From Candidatus Nanoarchaeia archaeon (lineage in GTDB: Archaea; Nanobdellota; Nanobdellia; SCGC-AAA011-G17; GW2011-AR18): 64,000 bases of DNA. Location: assembly GCA_035289605.1 (NCBI GenBank), contig DATDWR010000022.1, positions 45,295-109,294 of the forward strand. The letters run 5' to 3'. Each line of letters opens with the position of its first letter. Position 1 is the stretch's first letter. Shown here piece by piece: positions 27,829 to 38,475 of the stretch. Made by a program: the position numbers and the translations under genes. The notes under the pieces are model-generated. The model was given only the letters and a program-made list of their open reading frames with translations, ran no database searches and was not told the origin of the DNA.

Positions 27829-30800
27829 AAGAGAAGCAGCTGGGCTGAGAAGGGAGATTCAGCTTATTGAGAACAGAAAGTTAGAGGTAGTTAATGCAGT
27901 TGAATCTCTAAGAAACCAGTATTATCAAGGATTGTTAGGATATGAAGATTACAAGGAAAGAATTAATAGGTCGCTGCAGGGACTTACTCCAAGGCAGACT
28001 CTTGACAAGTATAACGAGCAGATAAGGTCATGTAAAGAAAAGATTTCAAGACTTGAAAGCGTAAGAAGTGGTGTGCAGTTAAATGGTAACGTGCTTGTAG
28101 TTGTATTACTTCTTGTTGCTGCTCTGTCTTCAGTTCTTATATTGGCGAATGCAAAGTATGACTTGTTTGGTTTAGATAGTCCTGTAGGTTTCGTAGTTAA
28201 GGATGTTACAAATGATTCATTACTAAATATAACAGAAATAGTGCCAAAACCAGAAAATAATATTTCAATTAAGGATAGTGGGGAACCTGTAATAAATGAA
28301 ACCCTGAATAATATGACAGAGTCAGTGCTTGCGCAAGAGAAAAATATCTCTAAAGAAAGTGAAAATGTAACTGTAGAAGAAAATAAAACAAAATCAGAAG
28401 ATAAAAAGAAATACAGTATAGATAATGCAACAATACCTGAGGTTCCTGAGTTTGTAAAATCTAATAAATCTATAAAGGAAATTGTTGATGAAGTAGGAAT
28501 AAGTGTCCCTGTAGAAAAGATAGTGAGTATAGACAGGCTTAGTTTTGCAGCAGATGAGATAACAGTTAAAGGAAAAGATCTTAAAACATTGGTGATACAT
28601 AAGCCTATTATCTATGGAAAATCTTTCGGAGAAGCTATACCTTTAGTAGAAAAAGACGACTTTACATATGCGGCATCACTTGAGGACACTGCTGTAGAAC
28701 TTGAATTTGATTCTCCAGAAATAAAGAATGATAAGTTAGGAAGAAAATTCAGGCAGAGCAAAATATTAGGTGATCCTTCTTGGAAGATAGGATATAATTA
28801 CTTGCTTCCTGCAGGAGACTTTAATGCCACAGTAAGGTTCAGCTCAAGCACACCTATTAATGTTGAAGATAAATATTATGGAAGGTTTGTAACAGGTAAG
28901 TTTACTTTGGATTTTGGAGCTGAAAGAGAAAATGGATTTAATATAGAAATAGAGCAGGTGCACAGCAATATTGTTTACATTAGCCTTATTAAAAATTACA
29001 CAGATGCAGGACTCAAGCCTAATGACGAAGTATTCATTGATCCTACATTATCTATTAGTAGTCTTGTATATTTATGTGGAGAAGTCATTGACTATGATAA
29101 GATAGAAGTTATGAGTAATGGTATTCTTGGTATATGCAACAGAACAGCTACTAATCCTACAGGTTATGTTAATATTACTTTGGATAATGGAATCGAGGGT
29201 AATTTTACTGTTCATCCTTCTGGAAGGATAGGTGGTGGTGGTGCTGGAGGCAGAGCAGGTGCTGGAGAGGTAACTGCTGCAACATGTTCTACTCGAGGAG
29301 AGAATAATACAGGCCAGACAGGTGCTGCTGGTTGCGTAGCCAACTGGGGAGGAGGTTCTGGCACGCAGAGAGCATCTACAGGCGATAGTGCAGGTGGCGG
29401 AGGTGGAGGTTTTGGAGGTGCTGGAGGCAGGGGAGGTCGTAGTGCAGCTGATGAAGGTTATGTTCCTTCCAACGTTACAGGATCTGCTGATGATACATAT
29501 TTGTTTATGGGTGCTGGTGGTGGTGGAAGCAATGGTGATAATCCAGCAGCAGCAGGAGGTCCTGGAGGTGGGGGTATTAAGATAAGTGCAGGTGCTGGAT
29601 GGATCGGTATTAGAGGTATACTTAATGTTTCAGGACAGAATGGTAGTAATGGTGATGGTACTGATAATTCTGGAGGTGGAGGCGGCAGCGGAGGTCACGT
29701 TATATTAAGTGCAAAGACTATTCTTATGGATTCTAATACCAAGATTTTCGCTCATGGTTCTGGCGGTGGAATTGCTGGAGGAACTGGAGATGCCTGCGGT
29801 GGTGGAAGTGGTGGTGGCGGAAGAGTATTGTTTATTTATGAGTCTCTTTCAAACACTAGTTCGTTTGTATCAATTTATGGAGGTGTAGCTCAACTAGCTA
29901 ATTCAGATGCTGCATGCGATGCTGCTTCAGATCCTGGAGATCCAGAAGCAGGTGGAATTGGTAGCGTTTTGTATAATTCAACAACTACAACATTTGCAGA
30001 CTATCCTAGACCATTATTGAACAACCCCACAGATAATGAAGTAATTGTTGCAAAATCTAGTGTTAATATTAGTTTCAACTTTACTCCTATGATTGGGGAT
30101 AATAATTTTAAGAGTGCTACAATTTATGCAGATTGGAACAAGGGAGTGTTCGGAGCGAATAACACAAACAGAACTGCATTAACTAGCGGGTCAAATACAA
30201 TTATTAATGTTTCAGGTATAGCTAATGGTACTTGGACTTGGAATGTTTATATTTGTGATGAAGCAAATAACTGCAGGTTTAACAGTACTAATTATACTTT
30301 AGTGTTCAATAATGCTCCTAATATAACAAATGTATCTATACTGCCTGCTGATACAAATACTAGTGATACTTTGCTTGCAAATATAAGTGGTTTGTTTGAC
30401 TTTGATGGAGATAATATGGTGGAGGTTAATAATGTGAGTTATAACTGGTATGTTAACCAGACGCCTTTATTGCTGTTAAATATGCCTTTCACTAATCACA
30501 TTTATTCCAAGGATAATTTTACAACATTTGACTTTAGTGATAATGTGTTAGCAGGAACAGTGTATGCTGCTAAGCAGGGTACTTATGGTTCTGGACTGCC
30601 TAAATATACTACAGACAACTGTACTATTGGTGGCTGCTACAGGTTTAACGGCACTAATTATATTAACATTAGCGATCCTTTAAACAAAACTTTGGGAATG
30701 AGAGACTGGAGTATATTGTTCTGGTATGATGCAGAGCAGAGTAGAGTTATAGATGAGATAGCATTAGGCAGTTGGAATGTAGTTTACTCTAGAAGAGAGG

Positions 30801-33250
30801 GAATAAATGATGCAGCATTTATTGGTTTAGAAGTTCAAGTTGGAAGAGATTATCTTAGTGGAGGTAATGCAGCAAACTTTATTGTATTCGTTTATTACAG
30901 AAACAGGACATTGAGTGGGGATAACCTAAAATTCAGGGACACTTCTGCAGCAAACAAAACTAGGTTTATAGCTATACTGAGAGATGGAGATACAGGAAAT
31001 ACTAGTGTTTTATTCAATGGTACATCAATAGATAGCCAGAGTGGTATATTCGGCCCGCTTGTAAATAATATTACTACTTTATATTCAACTTTAGGTATTC
31101 CATCAATATCAGGTTCTGGAGGCAGAGGATTAAATGGTACAATTGACGAGTTCCAGATATATAATAGAACATTAAGTGTTGAAGAAGTTTACCAGATATA
31201 TAACAACGGTAAGGGCAATTACAGTTTAATGGTTCAGGAAGAAACAGCAGTGGATGAAGTCTGGAATGTTACAGCAGTTCCAGTTGATAAAACAGGTGCG
31301 AATGGATCAATGGTTAGGTCCACTAGTGTTACAATTATAAGTACAGACCCTCCGACAGTTAATTTAAATTACCCTATTTCAATAATACCCGGAACAAAAC
31401 CTACCATAATTGATCCTAGATTTAATATTAGCTTTAATTTCACGCCTACAGCAGGAGGTAACAGTTTAAAGAATGCAACTATTTGGGGTAACTGGAGTAA
31501 TGGCGTACAAAAACCGAATGCTACAAACATTTACTCATTGGAAAATAATGCTCCTTCATATATTAACGTCTCAGGCATTCCTAATGGTACTTGGTCATGG
31601 ACAGTTTACGTATGCGATACAGCACATCGTTGTGCATACAATACATCAAATGTAACATTTGTTGCAAATAATGCGCCTAATATTTCCATTGTTAAAATAC
31701 TTCCTTCAGATATATCTGTGGGAGATAATTTAACAGCAAACTTAACAAAACTTGTAGATGAAGATGGAAACTATCAGGTTAACCATAACAATATTAGTTA
31801 TAATTGGTACAACAATCAGACATCAATTACCTTGCTTAATGTACCATTTACTAATCCAATATATTCAAAGGATAATTTTTCAACATTTGATTTCAGCGGC
31901 TACAATCACAATTTATCCTCTTATGACCTGGCATGGGATGCTTCCACTGGTGCCCAATATACAAATGAGAACTGTACAATTGGAGGTTGTTATAGATTCA
32001 ACGGAAGTATAGATTCATTCTTGCAGATAAGGAATATTACAGGAGTAGGGGCTCCAAATGAATTGTTGGGAATGGTAAATTGGAGTATGATATTTTGGTA
32101 TGATCCTGAAGGAAAGGTAAGAGATAACGTTGATGGAAACGAGAGAATAATATATGATGCAAGCGGCGGCACACCTACAGGATATAGTCCTAGAGTGGCA
32201 ACTCTTCTAAACTCGCCTCAACTACAAATAAAAGTATACATAACAAACACAAGTCTTGACCAGTTTTCCGCAACATTTTCTTCAAATCCTCAGCTTGGCA
32301 ATCCTCAAAAGAAGTTTATTGCTGTAATAAGAAATGGAAATACTGGTAACGTTACTGTCATATTTAATGGGACACAATCAACAAGTTCATCTGCATCTTA
32401 TGGTCCTATGGTTAATGCTACATGGTTGGATGGTTCAGTGATTACTATAGGAGGAAAATCAGGAGGAACTAATGACGATATTAATGGCACTCTTGATGAG
32501 TTCATGATTTTTAACAGAACTTTGACTCCTGAGCAGGTCTATGAATTTTATAATAACCATATCGGTAATTACAGCAAGATAGTAAACCAAGAGTTGAAAG
32601 CAGGAGAAATTTGGAATGTTACAGCAGTTCCTATTGACAATGATGGACTGAATGGTTCAATGATCAGATCAGCAAATATAACTATACCTACTGCGGCACA
32701 GCCTACAGCAATATCTTGCATATGGAGTGATGCAGCATTAAACATTAGTTTCGGTGAAGGATTATCTCAGTCCTTATCCCAAGGAGTTATATATAATGCT
32801 TCTAAGAACTTCGAAGGTTATATTGGTGGAAGCAATCAAAATGTAGGTATTAACTGGACCCATTATAATGTGACAGCAGACTCTACAAATACAGCTCCAG
32901 TTAACATAACTATAAAGGGAGATCATTTATTGTCAGGATCAAATGTTTTGGGTATTACAAACATTACTTGGATGACTAATGAAACTAATGGTAATGCTAC
33001 AGATGTGTCTGGAGAGTTATGGAACTTCACATATTTGGGCAAGAACGTGAAAGATTCAAACTTTGAGGGATTCAACTTGACTTTAATAAAAGATGGTGAT
33101 CCTAAGTTGGCAGTAAGAAACAGGAACTTCTCAAACCAGTTGACAGCAGGAAGCAGTATGTGGTACAGGTTTTGGCTGCATGTTCCTACAGCTCAGATAC
33201 AGGGAAGTTATGTGGGTAATTACACAATGGAGTGCAGTGCAGCATCATAA
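27809..33250 (+). CDS. Giant type II membrane surface protein with Gly-rich domain and duplicated Ig-like + LamG/ConA-like module
   Basis: N-terminal coiled coil then TM, GGGGGGFGG tracts, two copies of CTIGGCYRFNG...NGTIDEFQIYNRTLS. Confidence 0.8.
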   Translation: MKNYDAKREAAGLRREIQLIENRKLEVVNAVESLRNQYYQGLLGYEDYKERINRSLQGLTPRQTLDKYNEQIRSCKEKISRLESVRSGVQLNGNVLVVVLLLVAALSSVLILANAKYDLFGLDSPVGFVVKDVTNDSLLNITEIVPKPENNISIKDSGEPVINETLNNMTESVLAQEKNISKESENVTVEENKTKSEDKKKYSIDNATIPEVPEFVKSNKSIKEIVDEVGISVPVEKIVSIDRLSFAADEITVKGKDLKTLVIHKPIIYGKSFGEAIPLVEKDDFTYAASLEDTAVELEFDSPEIKNDKLGRKFRQSKILGDPSWKIGYNYLLPAGDFNATVRFSSSTPINVEDKYYGRFVTGKFTLDFGAERENGFNIEIEQVHSNIVYISLIKNYTDAGLKPNDEVFIDPTLSISSLVYLCGEVIDYDKIEVMSNGILGICNRTATNPTGYVNITLDNGIEGNFTVHPSGRIGGGGAGGRAGAGEVTAATCSTRGENNTGQTGAAGCVANWGGGSGTQRASTGDSAGGGGGGFGGAGGRGGRSAADEGYVPSNVTGSADDTYLFMGAGGGGSNGDNPAAAGGPGGGGIKISAGAGWIGIRGILNVSGQNGSNGDGTDNSGGGGGSGGHVILSAKTILMDSNTKIFAHGSGGGIAGGTGDACGGGSGGGGRVLFIYESLSNTSSFVSIYGGVAQLANSDAACDAASDPGDPEAGGIGSVLYNSTTTTFADYPRPLLNNPTDNEVIVAKSSVNISFNFTPMIGDNNFKSATIYADWNKGVFGANNTNRTALTSGSNTIINVSGIANGTWTWNVYICDEANNCRFNSTNYTLVFNNAPNITNVSILPADTNTSDTLLANISGLFDFDGDNMVEVNNVSYNWYVNQTPLLLLNMPFTNHIYSKDNFTTFDFSDNVLAGTVYAAKQGTYGSGLPKYTTDNCTIGGCYRFNGTNYINISDPLNKTLGMRDWSILFWYDAEQSRVIDEIALGSWNVVYSRREGINDAAFIGLEVQVGRDYLSGGNAANFIVFVYYRNRTLSGDNLKFRDTSAANKTRFIAILRDGDTGNTSVLFNGTSIDSQSGIFGPLVNNITTLYSTLGIPSISGSGGRGLNGTIDEFQIYNRTLSVEEVYQIYNNGKGNYSLMVQEETAVDEVWNVTAVPVDKTGANGSMVRSTSVTIISTDPPTVNLNYPISIIPGTKPTIIDPRFNISFNFTPTAGGNSLKNATIWGNWSNGVQKPNATNIYSLENNAPSYINVSGIPNGTWSWTVYVCDTAHRCAYNTSNVTFVANNAPNISIVKILPSDISVGDNLTANLTKLVDEDGNYQVNHNNISYNWYNNQTSITLLNVPFTNPIYSKDNFSTFDFSGYNHNLSSYDLAWDASTGAQYTNENCTIGGCYRFNGSIDSFLQIRNITGVGAPNELLGMVNWSMIFWYDPEGKVRDNVDGNERIIYDASGGTPTGYSPRVATLLNSPQLQIKVYITNTSLDQFSATFSSNPQLGNPQKKFIAVIRNGNTGNVTVIFNGTQSTSSSASYGPMVNATWLDGSVITIGGKSGGTNDDINGTLDEFMIFNRTLTPEQVYEFYNNHIGNYSKIVNQELKAGEIWNVTAVPIDNDGLNGSMIRSANITIPTAAQPTAISCIWSDAALNISFGEGLSQSLSQGVIYNASKNFEGYIGGSNQNVGINWTHYNVTADSTNTAPVNITIKGDHLLSGSNVLGITNITWMTNETNGNATDVSGELWNFTYLGKNVKDSNFEGFNLTLIKDGDPKLAVRNRNFSNQLTAGSSMWYRFWLHVPTAQIQGSYVGNYTMECSAAS

Positions 33251-33316
33251 TTACTTTGCCCTTACAATATGATAAAAAATAGAAAAGTTTAAATAAATGT
33301 AAGGGTAAAAATAATT

Positions 33317-34171
33317 ATGGAAATAGTGAATAAAAATGGATACTATTATTTGAAGCATTCTTATAGGAAAAATAATAAAATTGTAACAAAAGAGAAATAT
33401 CTTGGAAAAGTAATACCTGAAAATATTGAAAAACTAAAAAAAGAGTTACAAAGTGAAAGTAAAAAATTAGTATATGAGAAAATTAGAAGAATCAGGAATA
33501 ATTATAAAAAAGAATGGAATAAATATCCTCATTCTGTAAAAAGAGAGTTATTAATAAATCTCTCAGTAAATTTTACATACAATACTAATGCGATAGAAGG
33601 CTCACCGATAACAAAGGAAGAAACAGAAGATATAATAAAAAGAAAAATAGCCCCAAATAGGTCGCTGGACGATATTAAGGAAACTATAAATCATTCAAAA
33701 ATTTTTCTTGATATGTTGAATGAAAAGAAAGAATTAAGCCTGCAATTAATATTAAAATGGCATAAAGGAATATTCCTAGAATCTAAGCCTGATATTGCTG
33801 GCAAATTAAGGGATTATAATGTAAAAGTAGGGGAATATAGATGTCCTGATTGGCAGGACGTAAAGAACTTTACAGATAAATTTCTAAATTGGTATAATAA
33901 AAATAAATATAAAGAACATCCTGTAGAGCTAGCCGCACTTATGCATTACAAATTTGTCAAAATACATCCTTTTGGCGATGGCAATGGGAGAATTGCAAGA
34001 GTTATAACAAACTTTATTCTTCATAAATATAAATATCCATTAATTATTATAGATTATAAAAATAGGAGGTCTTATTATAAAGCACTTAAAAAAGCTGACT
34101 CTAAGGGGGAATATGAATTTATAAAATATTTTATTCGGAGATACTTATCTGATTATAAAAGATATTTATAA
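33317..34171 (+). CDS. Fic family protein
   Basis: HPFGDGNGRIAR catalytic motif; TNAIEG autoinhibitory motif. Confidence 0.92.
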   Translation: MEIVNKNGYYYLKHSYRKNNKIVTKEKYLGKVIPENIEKLKKELQSESKKLVYEKIRRIRNNYKKEWNKYPHSVKRELLINLSVNFTYNTNAIEGSPITKEETEDIIKRKIAPNRSLDDIKETINHSKIFLDMLNEKKELSLQLILKWHKGIFLESKPDIAGKLRDYNVKVGEYRCPDWQDVKNFTDKFLNWYNKNKYKEHPVELAALMHYKFVKIHPFGDGNGRIARVITNFILHKYKYPLIIIDYKNRRSYYKALKKADSKGEYEFIKYFIRRYLSDYKRYL

Positions 34172-34242
34172 TAAAAAATAGAAAAATTTAGTCAGATATA
34201 AGATTAATAATTATCCAAGCAATAGTAAAACTTGAATACCAA

Positions 34243-34486
34243 TATGACAACAAAGACAATTAAGAGTGTAGATGATGAGGTTTGGTATAAATTTAGGTTT
34301 CTTGCTGTTAAAAATAGGCTTGGAATGGGAAAATTATTGGGAGAGATGATAAATGAGTATGAATTTAAGTCAAAAGAATTTTGGAAAGAAATTCTAGAAG
34401 GTGAGAGATTATTAACAGACAAGGAAGCGTCTGAATTATTAAGCGAAATAAAAAAATCAAGAAAAGAGCATGGATTTAGAAAATGA
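34243..34486 (+). CDS. Putative RHH antitoxin
   Basis: MTTKTIKSVDDEVWYKFR; ATGA overlap with vapC. Confidence 0.7.
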
Positions 34487-34875
34487 GCCTAATTTTTGAT
34501 AATTCTGTATTAATAGAGCTAGAAAGAAGAAACACAATTATAATAGACAAAATAAAAACGTATGTAGAAATTTACCCATCGCCTGCAGGTATTACATTTA
34601 TTAATTATTTTGAATTTTATCACTGCCTGAAAAACAAAGAGATTAAAAATAAAGAAAAAGCAATGTCTTTTATTAATAAATTCAATGTGCTTAAAGTAAC
34701 AAAAAAAACTGCAGAAATATTAAGTGAATTGAAAAAGGAATGTAAAAATAAGGGAGAAATGCTGCCATTAGCAGATTTATTGATTGCAAGCCAGGTTATA
34801 GAGAATAATTGTGTTTTAGTGACTCTGGATAAGGATTTTAAGAGGATAGAAAAATTAAATAAACTAATTTTATAA
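34483..34875 (+). CDS. vapC: PIN-domain toxin VapC
   Basis: IFDNSVLIE, ADLLIAS, LVTLDKDF. Confidence 0.9.
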   Translation: MSLIFDNSVLIELERRNTIIIDKIKTYVEIYPSPAGITFINYFEFYHCLKNKEIKNKEKAMSFINKFNVLKVTKKTAEILSELKKECKNKGEMLPLADLLIASQVIENNCVLVTLDKDFKRIEKLNKLIL

Positions 34876-34938
34876 TGTGAATAATATTTCTAAAACTTCA
34901 CAATAAGCTTTAAATATAGACTTATTTGTTGGATACTG

Positions 34939-35895
34939 ATGGATAAAAAGCTTGATTTGATTATTAGAAATATAGCTGAGATTCTTAATGAAAACAAATT
35001 AAGCTCCATATTAAAAAAGAAAAATCCTGTTGCTTATTGTGGCTATGAACCTTCAGGCCAAATACATCTCGGGCATTTAGTAACTATTACTAAGCTTTTG
35101 GATTTGCAGAACGCAGGTTTTCATGTTAAAGTATTGCTCGCAGACTGGCATGCATGGCTTAATAAGAAAGGTGGCTGGGATTTCATTAACGAGCAAGTAA
35201 AATTATGGAAGCAGGGGTTTAAGGCTGCCGGCTTAAAGAATGCTGAATTCGTAGTAGGTACAAGTTTCCAAAAAAAATCTGAATATCTTGATGATGTCAT
35301 GAAGATGGCTTTATCTGTTACGATGAATAGGGCTTTGAGAAGCATGCAACAAGTTGCTAGAGATGTAGAAAACGCCAAAGTCAGCCAAGTTATTTATCCT
35401 TTGATGCAGATAGCAGATATCAAGCACCTGAATATCGATCTAGTTCAGGCAGGTATAGAACAAAGAAAGATACATGCCTTGGGTATCGAGTTATTTAAGG
35501 AAATAAATTACGACACTCCTGTCTTTATTCACACTCCTTTGATATCTTCTCTTCAAGGTCCAGGATCTAAGATGAGCAGCTCTATTCCTGAGTCTATGAT
35601 AAGCATAAACGATAGTGAGAAAAACATAGAGGAAAAAATTAGAAAAAGTTATTGCCCTGAAGGAATAGCTGAAGGTAATTCTATTTTGGAAATATGTAGA
35701 TTAATAATATTTCCTAGAATAAAATCTTTTGATATAAAAAGGCCCGTGAAATTTGGAGGTAATATTTCCTTCGCAAGATATGAAGATCTTGAAAAGAGTT
35801 TTTTGGAGAAGAAGGTGCACCCTTTGGATTTGAAGAATTCTGTCAGTATTTATTTGGAAGAAATAATTTCTCCAATAAGAAAGAATTTTAAATAA
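34939..35895 (+). CDS. tyrS: Tyrosine--tRNA ligase
   Basis: YCGYEPSGQIHLGH, YPLMQIAD, KMSSS, HPLDLK. Confidence 0.96.
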   Translation: MDKKLDLIIRNIAEILNENKLSSILKKKNPVAYCGYEPSGQIHLGHLVTITKLLDLQNAGFHVKVLLADWHAWLNKKGGWDFINEQVKLWKQGFKAAGLKNAEFVVGTSFQKKSEYLDDVMKMALSVTMNRALRSMQQVARDVENAKVSQVIYPLMQIADIKHLNIDLVQAGIEQRKIHALGIELFKEINYDTPVFIHTPLISSLQGPGSKMSSSIPESMISINDSEKNIEEKIRKSYCPEGIAEGNSILEICRLIIFPRIKSFDIKRPVKFGGNISFARYEDLEKSFLEKKVHPLDLKNSVSIYLEEIISPIRKNFK

Positions 35896-35944
35896 TTTAG
35901 GTGACTACATTTATAAGCTTTTCTACAATTAGGTGGACACATAA

Positions 35945-37636
35945 TTATTTGTGGCAGAACCAGAATTCATATTTTCCGTTTTTTATGTTGTCAAGTATTA
36001 AGAAGCCAAATCTTTCTGCTTGTATTCTCTCATCAACTTTAACATTCTTCACCGCGCTCTCCGCCAGTCCATCGACGATAGTAGCGTCTTCCATCATTAT
36101 GCTGCACTTAATCAAATTGTCTTGAACTGGTAAATAATGTATTATTTTTCCTTTGTTTTTTGCTTCTTTGTATTTCTCATATTCTGTGCTGTCAAATATG
36201 AATTTTCCTTTTTTATAAATAAAATTCATGCAGTCCATAAGCCTGTGCAGTTTTCCTTCTGTTTTAAGTTCGTCTAAATCTTGCTTTGTAACGTAAAAAT
36301 AGCCGTCTGTTTCCATTTTTCTCATTCCTCTTTTAGGGTCGTCAGGATGCAGCGCTATTTCAACTTTTATTGTTGGCGAGTTTTCTATTCTTATCTTTTC
36401 AGGATTTACTAAAACAAAATATCTGTTGCATTTCTTGTCAAGTGCTCTTCTGTTTATCGCTGCTAGAACGCTGAAATCTAGATTTGTTTCTGTAGGGCTT
36501 AGTCCTACTTCCTTTACAAGTTCGTAGTATGTTTCTCTTTCTATTCCTCTTCTCTTCAATGCTTTTAATGTCACAAGTCTTGGGTCATCCCATCCTATTA
36601 CTTTTTTCTGTTCTATTAGTTCTCTTATTTCTCTTCCTTGTGTTATTTTGTCATTTACATTGAATCTTCCGTACTGGATCTCTTTTGGGTTTTCCATTTT
36701 GAATAGCATTCTTATATAGTTTTGTAACTCTGTTCTCATTGTCCCGAACTCGCTGCTCCTTAGTATGTAATTTATTCCTAGTAGGTGTTCTTCTATTGCA
36801 TTGTAGAAATCATACATCGGCCACGCGCAGTATTTTTCTCCATGCCTGTAGTGTTTCGTGTAGCTTATTCTGAATACAACAGGATCTCTCATTGTCTGGT
36901 TTTTTGCTTTCATGTCTATTTTCAACCTTAGTGTGCATTCTCCTTCTCTGTATTTTCTCTCAAGCATCGCTTTCCATTCTTTTTTGTTTTCTTTTGCTTC
37001 TTTTCTTCTGCACTTGCATTCTTTTCCGTTGTGCCTTAGTTCCTGCATTAATTCTCTGTCGCAGAAGCACACATACGCAAGTCCCCTGTCGACTAATTGC
37101 TCTGCATAATCATATAATTTTTCAGCATCATCTGAAATATAGACAACCTTTGAAGGCTTTATTCCTAAATAGTTTTTCACATCATCCATTATGCTATCCG
37201 CATATTCTTGCTTTACTTTTTCAGGATTACAGTCCTCAAACCTTAGTATGCATTTTCCTTTGTATTTTTCTGCATACAGGTAATTTATCAAGAATGTCAG
37301 TGCATGTCCTAAATGTAGATGCTTGGATGGTTCTGGCGCTATTCTTGTTGCAAATTTTCCTTCTGCTGCTCCTGGAAGCTCTTTTAGTTCTTTTTTTTCT
37401 TCTTTTTTTTCTTCAAGAAGTTCTGGGGCTGTTTGTTTTAGTTTTCTTAGCTGCTCTTCCAGCTTCATTGAGTTTACTTCTTTTATTACAGAATTAATTA
37501 TTTTTTTTAGTTCTGCTATTCTTTCTTTTAGTTCTGGGTTTTCATTTAGAACTTTTCCCATTACTGCTCCAGCATTTGCTTTTCCATCGAATTTTACTGC
37601 ATTCTGGAGTGCGTACTTGTATGCTATATCTCTCAT
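35945..37636 (-). CDS. gltX: Glutamate--tRNA ligase (archaeal type)
   Basis: RIAPEPSKHLHLGH, LRFED, GWDDPRLVT, QAERFGF. Confidence 0.95.
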   Translation of the reverse strand: MRDIAYKYALQNAVKFDGKANAGAVMGKVLNENPELKERIAELKKIINSVIKEVNSMKLEEQLRKLKQTAPELLEEKKEEKKELKELPGAAEGKFATRIAPEPSKHLHLGHALTFLINYLYAEKYKGKCILRFEDCNPEKVKQEYADSIMDDVKNYLGIKPSKVVYISDDAEKLYDYAEQLVDRGLAYVCFCDRELMQELRHNGKECKCRRKEAKENKKEWKAMLERKYREGECTLRLKIDMKAKNQTMRDPVVFRISYTKHYRHGEKYCAWPMYDFYNAIEEHLLGINYILRSSEFGTMRTELQNYIRMLFKMENPKEIQYGRFNVNDKITQGREIRELIEQKKVIGWDDPRLVTLKALKRRGIERETYYELVKEVGLSPTETNLDFSVLAAINRRALDKKCNRYFVLVNPEKIRIENSPTIKVEIALHPDDPKRGMRKMETDGYFYVTKQDLDELKTEGKLHRLMDCMNFIYKKGKFIFDSTEYEKYKEAKNKGKIIHYLPVQDNLIKCSIMMEDATIVDGLAESAVKNVKVDERIQAERFGFLILDNIKNGKYEFWFCHK

Positions 37637-37680
37637 GCTGTATAATAAGTTTTATATAGGATTTAAATAATTATTTAATT

Positions 37681-38472
37681 ATGCTAAATAAGGGAGGTAT
37701 AATTAAGTTTCTGGCTGTTTTAACTATAATTGTTTTTAGCACATTTGTTTTTTCATTGAATAATTCCATGACAGGAAAAATTATTACAGAAGCTCCTGAT
37801 TTGGTTTTGGCTGATTTGGGTGTAAATATTCATGATAAGGGTTATAATAAGCCTTTTCTAGCTAACAGGGTTGTTGCTGTTGTATGCAATAATGATAGAA
37901 GATATGCAGTTTCTAATTTTGATGTCAGGTTTTATTTGCATGGTAGATTGATTAATGAGCTTAAGAACGGCAGGTTGGAGCCTAGTGAGTGTTCTGATGT
38001 TAGTGTTCCGTTCAAGCCGTATTTGGAGAATGTTAGGTATGTTGACGCATTTGCTATTGTGGATCCTGCAAATAGGATTTTAGAGACTAATGAGAATAAT
38101 AACAGGTTCAGGTCAGTATTAAATCTTTCATTGTACGGCCCTAATTTGGAAATTTCAGATGTTGATCTGGTGGATTCACAAAATTTCAATGATATAATAT
38201 TTAGAGTAAGGTTCTGTAATACTTCTCCAAAAGTCTCTGTCAAGAACAGATTTTATGTTGGTGTAATGATAGATGGTATTAAAAGGCAGTTTCAGTATCC
38301 TGTAAATTTGCCCCCGAATAGCTGTGATAATTTATACACAACATCTTTAGAGGGTTTTGGTATACAAAGGAAAAGCGAGGTTTTTGTGGAAACAGTTGTA
38401 GACTTCACAAACTTCGTTGTAGAATCTGAGGAGAATGATAATTATTTTTCAAGAAAATTCAGTCTGGACTAA
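37681..38472 (+). CDS. Secreted protein with two CARDB (Ig-like) domains
   Basis: PDLVL...VDPANRILETNENNN and VDFTNFVVESEENDN. Confidence 0.85.
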   Translation: MLNKGGIIKFLAVLTIIVFSTFVFSLNNSMTGKIITEAPDLVLADLGVNIHDKGYNKPFLANRVVAVVCNNDRRYAVSNFDVRFYLHGRLINELKNGRLEPSECSDVSVPFKPYLENVRYVDAFAIVDPANRILETNENNNRFRSVLNLSLYGPNLEISDVDLVDSQNFNDIIFRVRFCNTSPKVSVKNRFYVGVMIDGIKRQFQYPVNLPPNSCDNLYTTSLEGFGIQRKSEVFVETVVDFTNFVVESEENDNYFSRKFSLD

Positions 38473-38475
38473 ATA

